NCBI GenBank assembly: GCA_950097015.1
Contig: CATNEN010000034.1
Span: forward strand, 620,001-684,000
Reading direction: 5' to 3'
Length of the DNA: 64,000 bases
Origin: Macrostomum hystrix
Taxonomy: Eukaryota; Animalia; Platyhelminthes
Both the position numbers and the translations under genes were made by a program. Under the pieces are notes generated by a model. It was not told the origin of the DNA, ran no database searches, and was given only the letters and a program-made list of their open reading frames with translations. Positions 29,372 through 40,446 of this stretch are shown piece after piece; within the stretch, counting starts at the first letter, position 1; each line of letters opens with the position of its first letter.

Positions 29372-29871
29372 GGTGTCTAGACCTGAGCCTAATGGTGTCT
29401 AGACCTGAGCCTAATGGTGGCTAGATCTGAACAGAATGGTGTCTAGACCTGAGCCTAATGGTGTCTAGACCTGAGCCTAATGGTGGCTAGATCTGAACAG
29501 AATGGTGTCTAGACCTGAGCCTAATGGTGTCTAGATCTGAGCCTAATGGTGTCTAGATCTGAGCCCAATGGTGTCTAGATCTGAACCTAATGGTGTCTAG
29601 ATCTGAACCTAATGGTGTCTAGATCTGAAACTAATCGTGTCTAGATCTGAAACTAATCGTGTCTAGATCTGAAACTAATCGTGTCTAGATCTGAAACTAA
29701 TCGTGTCTAGATCTGAAACTAATCATGTCTAGATCTGAAACTAATCGTGTCTAGATCTGAAACTAATCGTGTCTAGATCTGAAACAAATCGTGTCTAGAT
29801 CTGAAACAAATCGTGTCTAGATCTGAAACTAATCGTGTCTAGATCTGAAACTAATCGTGTCTAGATCTGAA
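29372..29871. repeat. 22-bp minisatellite (gtgtctagatctgagcctaatg grading to gtgtctagatctgaaactaatc)
   Basis: ~23 copies with a 5'-to-3' variant gradient. Confidence 0.95.
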
Positions 29872-30911
29872 TATCAGAATATTAGAAATATTGGATAGCT
29901 CCATCAAATAGGAAAATCCTAACGATTTTCCAATTCCCTAACTATTCCTAATGGAGTAACAAATAATCCATACATTTTCCCACAATACCTGACAAAAGTC
30001 GAGAATTCATGAGAAATTCTAAAATCCTAGAAAGAATAATTTTCCCAAAATATTATTTTTGCATTTGGGGATTTCTTTTTGCCTGGGGAAAACCAGAAAT
30101 TCTGGAGTTTCTTTCTGACAACTCGCGTCGGCCACTCCCCTGAAGCGCGGGGAAATTAAAATAGGCGAGATGTGTGTCTCAAAGGTAGAATTCTGAGAAC
30201 CTGCAGATCCCAAGTCTGTAAAAGCCTGACTTTTTGGGCTCAAAGAAAAGGACTGAAGAAAAGGTGAGTGGATAATTTGTGAAATTGAAGAAATTACTTA
30301 GAGAAATTAGGCAACGCTTATAGAGGGGGGGTTTAAAAGACCTTTGAAGATTTTGAGAAAACGGAAGACCTTCGGAGACTAACCTGGGCCCAAGAAAATA
30401 ATAACACGGCCAGGGCTGATTGAAAATAGCGGCCATTGAAACTGAAAATTAAAGAACCGATCTAGAAAATTTCTAAGAATTGAGAAAGAAGCAGACAGGA
30501 AGTTGCAGAGATTGAAAGCTGATTGCGGCTGGGGTGGGGTTGGGGGTGATTGGATTTGTGTCGACTGCGAGTCAGTTAGCAACAATCTGCTAATGACTAG
30601 AAGCAGCCTCTCTAATTTCTGCTTTCGGCTTTTTTCTCATCTTCTTCTTTATCGCTAGGGAGGGGAGAGGAAGAGGGAAGCGGCACTTTGCTGGGTCTCC
30701 AGTTGTTTGTTATGACTTTTAAGAGGCCACAAAATCATCGTCAACATTTTTTTTGCTTAATCGAATCAATTTTTTTCTCTAGCCATGTTACTATAGAGAT
30801 TAAATCACAATTTGGGATCGGTAGTAGCGACTCATATTTTTCCTGTTGCATAATAGTCTATGGCCAGGTTTTTCTTATTCCGTGCTCAACCTGCAACCTG
30901 CAACTAGAGCC

Positions 30912-31759
30912 AGCCACTCTAACAGCCTGTCACTCTAATAGACTGTCACTCTAATAGACTGTCACTCTTATAGCCTGTCACTCTAACAGCATGTCACTAT
31001 AACAGCATGTCACTCTAATAGCCTGTCACTCTAACAGCCTGTCACTCTAATAGACTGTCACTCTAATAGACTGTCACTCTTATAGCCTGTCACTCTAACA
31101 GCATGTCACTATAACAGCATGTCACTCTAATAGCCTGTCACTCTAACAGCCTGTCACTCTAATAGCCTGTCACTCTAACAGCCTGTCACTCTAATAGACT
31201 GTCACTCTAATAGACTGTCACTCTAATAGCCTGTCACTCTAACAGCAAGTCACTATAACAGCATGTCACTCTAATAGCCTGTCACTCTAATAGCTTGTCA
31301 CTCTAATAGCCTGTCACTCTAATAACCTGTCACTCTAACAGCCTGTCACTCTAATAGCTTGTCACTCTAATAGCCTGTCACTCTAATAGCCTGTCACTCT
31401 AATAGCCTGTCACTATAACACCCTGTCACTCTAATAGCCTGTCACTCTAATAGCCTGTCACTCTAATAGCCTGTCACTCTAATAGCCTGTCACTATAACA
31501 CCCTGTCACTCTAATAGCCTGTCACTCTAATAGCCTGTCACTCTAATAGCCTGTCACTCTAATAGCCTGTCACTCTAATAGCCTGTCACTCTAATAGCCT
31601 GTCACTCTAATAGCCTGTCACTCTAATAGCCTGTCACTCTAATAGCCTGTCACTCTAATAGCCTGTCACTCTAATAGCCTGTCACTATAACACCCTGTCA
31701 CTCTAATAGCCTGTCACTCTAATAGCCTGTCACTCTAACAGCCTGTCACTCTAACAGCC
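30912..31759. repeat. 16-bp minisatellite (gcctgtcactctaata)
   Basis: ~53 copies. Confidence 0.97.
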
Positions 31760-32662
31760 CAAACCTGTCTAGTCAATCAAATTGGAGTCGAGAGCAGCTC
31801 AGCAATTCCAGCTGCTTAGCAATGAGAACCAAATGAAAGCCGATCCATCAATCGCAATCGGGTGACGTCAAAGTCCGCTGGATAAAATTTCTTCTGGGAA
31901 GCAACAATTGAGCCCAGCCAGCAACCAACTCAAGCCAAAGACGCCTTGTTCCCTTAATCGAAGAATTCTTGTTGCACAGATTTTTAATGGCTCCCCAATT
32001 ATGTCTGCTTATCTCTGCTTTTAGACAGAACAAGACGACAAGCAGGCAGCAATTCTAAGGCGAGGAAATGGGCGGCGACAGAGGCGCGAAAACCCCTCCG
32101 CTTTTAAAAGCTGTAATTTTGCAAGACCACCAGACGAAGTGGACTGACGAGGTGAAACGCCCTGTCCTGAGACAGACTATGGGACTATTAGGCCCAGAAG
32201 GAGCTGGCGGAGGTGGGTTGAGTCCGCCTAGTCTCGTATTTCCATGGCCCGAGATTGAGAAGCCCCACTTGTTGCTCGCTTGTGCAGCCAACCCCAACCC
32301 CCCGGAGCGCTTTGGAAGCATTTTAGCGAGACAAATTAATAGTCAACACGCTGCGGCCACTGTCACTGGGCTTCAAATTCTTCACTTCCTTCCTCAAGTT
32401 GCCTTCCTGCTGGTCTGCGGCGGACGGCACCTTGCATTCGTTGAAGATTTGAGTTCAAAGGCTGGGTTCTGTAATAGCTTAAATAATAGGCCAGGCTAAT
32501 ATGACTCTGCCGCTTCAGCAAGCATCACTGCCTGGACGATGCCTTCCGCTTGGGACAATTTGCTACACTGATTTCTGCTCAACCCCATTCTATGTTGTGC
32601 TTATGTCTTGGACACCGACACCTGCACACTCAGTCACTGCTGCGTTTAGTCCCTTCATAGCC

Positions 32663-32894
32663 CTGTCACTCCTTCTGTCTGGATGTCACTCCTTCTGTCT
32701 GGATGTCACTCCTTCTGTCTGGATGTCACTCCTTCTGTCTGGATGTCACTCCTTCTGTCTGGATGTCACTCCTTCTGTCTGGATGTCACTCCTTCTGTCT
32801 GGATGTCACTCCTTCTGTCTGGATGTCACTCCTTCTGTCTGGATGTCACTCCTTCTGTCTGGATGTCACTCCTTCTGTCTGGATGTCACTCCTT
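32663..32894. repeat. 20-bp minisatellite (gtcactccttctgtctggat)
   Basis: ~11 perfect copies. Confidence 0.95.
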
Positions 32895-33015
32895 ACAATC
32901 ACTATCACTCGTTCACTCAATCACTCCTTTACTATGTCACTTTTTTACTCTGTCACTCCATCATTCTGTCACTTCCTTACCTTACCTGTCACTCTTTCAC
33001 TCTGTAACTCCGTTA

Positions 33016-33505
33016 CTCTGTCACTCCTTCACTCTGTCACTCCTTCACTCTGTCACTCCTTCACTCTGTCACTCCTTCACTCTGTCACTCCTTCACTCTG
33101 TCACTCCTTCACTCTGTCACTCCTTCGCTCTGTCACTCCTTCACTCTGTCACTCCTTCACTCTGTCACTCCTTCACTCTGTCACTCCTTCACTCTGTCAC
33201 TCCTTCACTCTGTCACTCCTTCACTCTGTCACTCCTTCACTCTGTCACTCCTTCACTCTGTCACTCCTTCACTCTGTCACTCCTTCACTCTGTCACTCCT
33301 TCACTCTGTCACTCCTTCACTCTGTCACTCCTTCACTCTGTCACTCCTTCGCTCTGTCACTCCTTCACTCTGTCACTCCTTCACACTGTCACTCCTTCAC
33401 TCTGTCACTCCTTCACACTGTCACTCCTTCACTCTGTCACTCCTTCACTCTGTCACTCCTTCACTCTGTCACTCCTTCACTCTGTCACTCCTTCACTCTG
33501 TCACT
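33016..33505. repeat. 16-bp minisatellite (ctctgtcactccttca)
   Basis: ~30 copies, with degenerate flanks from 32900 to 33545. Confidence 0.95.
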
Positions 33506-34433
33506 TCCTTACCTTACCTGTCACTGTTTTACTCTGTCACTCCATCCCTCTTTCGCTCCTTAACTTGTTTGTGTCAATATAAATAAATAAAAATATTGTG
33601 CAGAATTTTGGATGAATGATGCTCATATTTTGTTTATTTGAGTAATCTGGCCTGAATGCTGTGCCATGATGCCATGATAAAACACGATCAGTATTTATCA
33701 AACACGACTTATCCATTGATCAACGTTGCATTTTCCAGTCATATAAATGAAGACCCAAAACAGGCATTCTCTCAAAACCCAATTCGTCAGGTTTTTAAGT
33801 CGCATTTATTAGCCATAAAATAGGTGTGACGCAATGTGTCAAGTCTAAAATGATGAAGCTGATTCGGCTAGTTGATTTTTCCAGTACATAAGAGGGATGA
33901 AAATGTGTCATAATTGATACGACCAAGCACCTGTGGGAGAGAGAGATTTGAAGCATTCAGAGGAAGGCGCTAACTTCTTATAGAACAGAGAAAAATAATC
34001 GGAAGAGACCTGGTTGACAAGAGAGAGAGCTGCACAGTTAATCCCTTAATGACAACGGCGAGATTGGGTGGGTCCGGCGGGGTGGCGCTGTCTCAATCAC
34101 GGCAATTTTCTCATCCGCCTTCCTGAATTAGATGGCGGCTTGAAAGGAAAGATAAAACGCAGGTTAGGGGATAAGAAAACAAGCATTTGGGCTGAGTGAC
34201 CGGGTGCGAGGGGATTAGTTCCCCAGACCCACACTCGTCCAGTGGAAACCGCCCGGGCTTGCAAAATCAATATTTTCAGCTATGGCCTCTCCCAAATTGT
34301 TAATTTGTGCAGCCTGGGCGCTAATTCTGCCCGACTGGCGGAAATTATTAATTAGCGCGCTAACAACTGCGGCTCAACTATATGGGAACAACTGGCAACT
34401 GTCCTGCGTTCTTTGCTTAAGAATAAACTAAAC

Positions 34434-35908
34434 CTCTCCCTGTCTCATCTCTCACCTGTCTCATCTCTCACCTGTCTCATCTCTCACCTGTCTCATCTCT
34501 AACCTGTCTCATCTCTAACCTGTCTCATCTCTCACCTGTCTCATCTCTCACCTGTCTCATCTCTCACCTGTCTCATCTCTCACCTGTCTCATCTCTCACC
34601 TGTCTCATCTCTCACCTGTCTCATCTCTCACCTGTCTCATCTCTCACCTGTCTCATCTCTAACCTGTCTCATCTCTCACCTGTCTCATCTCTCACCTGTC
34701 TCATCTCTCACCTGTCTCATCTCTCACCTGTCTCATCTCTCACCTGTCTCATATCTCACCTGTCTCATCTCTCACCTGTCTAATCTCTCACCTGTCTCAT
34801 CTCTCACCTGTCTCATCTCTCACCTGTCTCAACTCTCACCTGTCTCATCTCTCACCTGTCTAATCTCTCACCTGTCTCATCTCTCACCTGTCTCATCTCT
34901 CACCTGTCTCATCTCTCACCTGTCTCATCCCTCACCTGTCTCATCTCTAACCTGTCTTATATCTCACCTGTCTCATCTCTCACCTGTCTCATCTCTAACC
35001 TGTCTCATATCTCACCTGTATCATCTCTCACCTGTCTCATCTCTCACCTGTCTCATCTCTCACCTGTCTCATCTCTCACCTGTCTCATCTCTCACCTGTC
35101 TCATCTCTCACCTGTCTCATCTCTCACCTGTCTCATATCTCACCTGTCTCATCTCTCACCTGTCTCATCTCTCACCTGTCTCATCTCTCACCTGTCTCAT
35201 CTCTCACCTGTCTCATCTCTCACCTGTCTCATCTCTCACCTGTCTCATCTCTCACCTGTCTCATCTCTCACCTGTCTCATCTCTCACCTGTCTCATCTCT
35301 CACCTGTCTCATCTCTCACCTGTCTCATCTCTCACCTGTCTCATCTCTCACCTGTCTCATCTCTCACCTGTCTCATCTCTCACCTGTCTCATCTCTCACC
35401 TGTCTCATCTCTCACCTGTCTCATCTCTCACCTGTCTCATCTCTCACCTGTCTCATCTCTCATCTGTCTCATCTCTAACCTGTCTCATCTCTCACCTGTC
35501 TCAACTCTCACCTGTCTCATCTCTCACCTGTCTAATCTCTCACCTGTCTCATCTCTCACCTGTCTCATCTCTCACCTGTCTCATCTCTCACCTGTCTCAT
35601 CCCTCACCTGTCTCATCTCTAACCTGTCTCATATCTCACCTGTCTCATCTCTCACCTGTCTCATCTCTAACCTGTCTCATATCTCACCTGTATCATCTCT
35701 CACCTGTCTCATCTCTCACCTGTCTCATCTCTCACCTGTCTCATCTCTCACCTGTCTCATATCTCACCTGTCTCATCTCTCACCTGTCTCATCTCTAACC
35801 TGTCTCATATCTCACCTGTCTCATCTCTCACCTGTCTCATCTCTCACCTGTCTCATCTCTCACCTGTCTCATATCTCACCTGTCTCATCTCTCACCTGTC
35901 TCATCTCT
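34434..35908. repeat. 16-bp minisatellite (cctgtctcatctctca)
   Basis: ~92 copies. Confidence 0.98.
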
Positions 35909-37904
35909 GCCCTATCGATCCGGCCCACTGTTGGTTTCTCTTTTTGTCCACAAGATACATAAGATTATGTGATTTTGGATTCCACGTGTAAGGTGACGAA
36001 ACATCACAAGGACGAATAAAAATAATTTTCGTTGCATGCATAGTTTTTATACAAAATTTATTTAAAACTCGAATGTCTGATGCAGAGCAAAGCAAAATTT
36101 TATATATTGAAACATCGCTTTTACGGCTAAGGTGCTTAGCTCAGCCTGTCATGCTTATTATCCGCTAATGACCACCTTGTAAGCCCGCTAACTTGTCCAC
36201 TTCGCCAAACAAAAGCGCCATGATTACAGTGCCGAAGATTAAAAAAATGCATCCTTTGTTAGTTTTTTGACCAGTTAAGCTAAATTACATAGTCAGACAG
36301 TGGCCTTGGCTTCGTTAAGAATTCAGTCAGACTCTCGCAGGTGAATCGTTGAAGCTGAAGCGATTGAGAAATTGGCCAAATGCGTTGGGCGAATGGATTC
36401 TAAGAAAACTCAGAGTTTTAGCGAGGCACTGAAGGCGTCAAATGACAGGCCATAGTAGGAGTTAATTTACAGAGGCCTATACTCGAACAGGGGTGGCGCA
36501 GCTGGTCTTGCTAGGGTTGCGATCTGCGAAAGTGATTTGCTTCTACAAACAAGCAGTTACGGGCAGGCAGTCAGTCAGCTTTAAGGCTGGACTACCGAGT
36601 TTTTGGGCGAGGGATGCCAATTTAATCTGGAATTGTTGCTAATTCAGCAAATTACAGATCGAATACTTAAGTATAGAGAGACCCTGAACCAGCTAGCCAG
36701 CCAGGTGTCCCAGAGCCCCGCCCACCAGGACTCATCTGCTCAGCTGCAGCCCATAATGCAAGCTCATACTGAGTCACTCAGGAGAAGCCCGCACGTTGCT
36801 TGAGTGTCCGCCCTGTACCCAGTATCCACTTCCCATCCATCGTCTTGAGCGATACGCTTGCCTTTAGCCCCTCATTTTACATATCCCATATCTCCTTTCC
36901 CATGCTTCGTCTTTTTAACAAAGTCATCAATCGTTTGAGTGGTTTAGCTTTCAATTATCCCCGGATTCCCTCTCTCCCCAACAACTCATCTCTTAATGCT
37001 TAAAGGCCTCCCTACCTACAGCAATATTCGCTTGGGCATGGCAGGTGGCAACTATTAGGAGACAGTGGGACTCACATCACACATGTTTAGCTTCTTTCTT
37101 CCTCCCCTCCCCTGATCCAGATCCCGTCCCCGTCCTCTCTTCACGGAGCTTCAGTCGCTTAAGTCAAATGATCTGTGAGGAGGGAAGGAAGGAAGCCTCA
37201 AGAAGCATTCTACTTAATCTGGGGATGATTAACTCCTAATCATCAGCCTTTGAAGAGTTAGAATAGCCCCACCCCCTGCTCTACCTTGAGATGATGGCGC
37301 TCAAATATTTAAATGAGCCTAATTCGAAATGCAAAATCAACATAATGAAAGCTAGCGCGAACTAAAGGAAACTCACTGATGTGACAGGGCAATACGAGAA
37401 CGCCTGAGCTTCCGAATCTATCATTTTCTGTTTTTAATTAAAAAGCTGCAAATTGCTTCGGCGACTTGTGTTCGAAGCTCTTTTATAAAGTAATGCAAAA
37501 TCACAAGGAAAATTGCTCAATCTAGCTGGTTGAAAATGTGACTCGAGATTTAGAATTTATTGACGTTCGAATAGTTCTCCAGGTGATGTGGACTTATTTT
37601 TGTGTCCACTTTCAATATCATGGCAGGTATCGTCACTTTGCTCTACTTAAAGAGCTATGATACGGTTTTTTGTTCTAAATTTATCAAAAAACGAGGTAAA
37701 TGACGATTAAAATAAATATGTTTCGAATGGTAACAACATATTTTAATCTAGAAGTACAAAATTACGTGTATGCGTAACAATGCACGTATACCTAGGCCAG
37801 AAGTAGTTTTGCATGACAAAAATATTTTTTTGCACTTTGTTGCACAAAGGTGCTACCTTTTTATATTAAGTGAATATTTAATGGATTAAGTTATACATTA
37901 CACC

Positions 37905-38832
37905 AATATAACAATAGTAGTAATAGTAAGGCTAAAAATTTACTTCAAATCAAGTCATATTCGATATTGAAGCATATTGTGATATTGTTAGGCATATAAA
38001 AAAACACGTTTCTTTACTCTTTCTAGGGCAGCTGTTAAGTTTTCTCTGTACTTTGCTAGCTTTCCTGTTAGCTCTGTAAAGGCTTTTGTCTTCTGCTGTG
38101 AGACTACGAAAGTTCTTTACGATGAATGAAATGTCTCCAACGAAATTTTCTCTGTTTTCATAAGTGGTTTTCGGGCGAACAGAACGCATCGTTTCGCAGG
38201 CCAGTCTGTGATTTCCAAAATGAAAATTTGACAGTATGCGCCTGTCTTCCGGGTTCGAAACATTTGATAGATATTTTTCACGGCAGAAATCTCGTGAAAC
38301 TGCAGTAGAAATGGCTGAGTTTGGCAGAACTTTGCATCCTCTGTCTCCAGTGTTCTAGGAAATCGCATTGAAATTTTCGCTGGAAATAAGCTTTGATATA
38401 ATGTATGGAGTCTTGGCGATGAGATAGAGATGACCAGAACTGGAAGCTTCTTTTCTGTATATCCTACAATAGAGGTAGTGTACCTAGTTCTGATCGGGCC
38501 CCATTGCTGTCAGTCAGTATATTTTGACTGAGTTGTAGTATTGCCTTGCAGTTCCTAAAGTTAATTCTCTTTATTAAGCCTAGATCTCAGGGTCCTAAGT
38601 TCCAGGAAACAAAGGTTCCCCAGGCCTCTGAGGCATATAGAACTATGCTTTCTACGAGTATCATGGCTGTACAGAACACGTTAGCTGCTTAAATTTGACT
38701 GTTCGAAATACTGACAAATTCCTAACAAACATTATTTAGTATAGCCACACTTTTTGCTAACTTCAATTGCGTGGGTATCGACTGCCCCTTCGAGTTCATG
38801 TGAAATCCTAGGTACTTTACTGAGCTCGTACT
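37905..38832 (-). mobile_element. Decayed 5'-truncated non-LTR retrotransposon ORF2 3' end (RTEX-like)
   Basis: Minus-strand translation with stops and frameshifts: SVKYLG...SIVLYASEAWG...ARSELGTLPLL*DIQKRSFQFWSSL...DFLEHWRQRMQSSAKL...EKYLSNV...RRILSNFHFGNHRLACET. This is the post-RT/C-terminal signature of RTEX/L2-like LINEs. Clade assignment is from recall. Confidence 0.75.
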
Positions 38833-40446
38833 CAAAATACGAAAATTTTATAATCAAGCAAAGGTTGTAAAATGAATTACGATTATTTGAGGATGAAAAA
38901 CAGTATAATTAAAATATAATTTTGAAATTTCTAAACGCAAGGAAAAGGTCACGAAATATATATTAAATATCGAAATAATCGAATCATAGTATTACCATTT
39001 ATTCTGAGCCGTCAAATTTCCTTTTCAGATTTTACTTTAGAGTAAAAAGGTAGGATGTTGATACCAAGGAATACTAAAATAGATCCTAACTATGCAAACC
39101 ATTAGCATAAATAATTTCAGATTAAGTTATGAATCACTATATGCTAAACTAAACTAACTACTAGAGAAACTTGATACTTGCACCTTTAGCGATGGAATTA
39201 TTAAGGCTTTTGCGTTAAATGCACTGCACACTAACGAAAGCAAAGTAAATCGTTTTAAGATTTCAAACACAAGGCTATTTTAGCTCTATGCACGGTAAAT
39301 TTTAAAGGCAAACGCTGGAAAAAGATAGTTATCTAAGGATAAATTTCATAAAAATGAAATCATTTTGATATTTATTCCAAATTAGTTTACTTTCTCAGAA
39401 TTAATTATCGTGCCGTAAATTGAAGCATATCTGTCTTCTCTGTCTATTACATTTCTATAGAACGCAAGTACGTACAAAATGTGATCTTCTGATTTATGAA
39501 TAATAAAATGAATCAGAAATATTTCTTTAGCAATCTAAAAATATTAAAAAACAACCACTAAAACATGTAATTTTAATTGCTTTTGTTATTTAAAAAAACC
39601 TGCTGAAAAACCAGCACTATATAGTGTTTTGCTCTTTTATACAACTTTGATTTGTGATTACGTAACTTAATGGAACTAATAAACTTAGCTGAATCAACTC
39701 AAAACTTTTTAAATACATATATATAATATTTTAGACTGTGATGTGCTTTCAATAAGTTTCATAATTTGAAAGATCAAAGTTTGAAAGCAAGAAAAAATTA
39801 TCACAAAATTTTACATGGTTATAGTTTTTGATTATTCAAAAAAGTACAAAACAGCCAAAAAAGTTACTATAACTGTTGGTTGATTTTTTAAACTAGCCTT
39901 TTTATAGATTACTCTTTCTTAAAGCTATATTTTAAAATAGTTATTTTGTATTATGAAACAATAGGATATTTAAACTTTGGACAAACTCTACATGTATAAA
40001 TAAAATTAGCTATGTGCAGAACAGAACTTTACAAATCTAAATAAAAATGTTGTTTTGCACATTAACATTTCTTGATTTTAAGAGTCAAACATTTTATATA
40101 TATGGATAAAGTGTCTATATAAGCGCTGGAGATTGTTTGCAAATATTAAAAAGGGCACAATATAAGAAGCAAAATAATTCGAAAAACTAACTAAAGTATG
40201 GAGAATTAAAAATAATTTTTTGTTCTATTTCTTGCAAAAAAGTTGTCGCAATAGCTCGTATATCATTGGCTATAGTGTCTTGACAGATTAAATATAATTT
40301 CTTTTAACAGAAAGTGTCAAAGATATCAAGTAGTGAAAATAAAAAAAAGTCTGCTTAAAAATAGCTTTACAAATTCTAATGACCATGGATATTGCCTAGT
40401 TCCTTAAATTCAAACTGCAGCTCTTTGAGTCAGTCTACAAAAGAAG

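Noticed and set aside
38000-38110. Possible small minus-strand exon (QQKTKAFTELTGKLAKYRENLTAALERVKK) of a gene divergent from the P450
   Set aside because: It is colinear with the LINE ORF2 relic and better explained as its C-terminal end.
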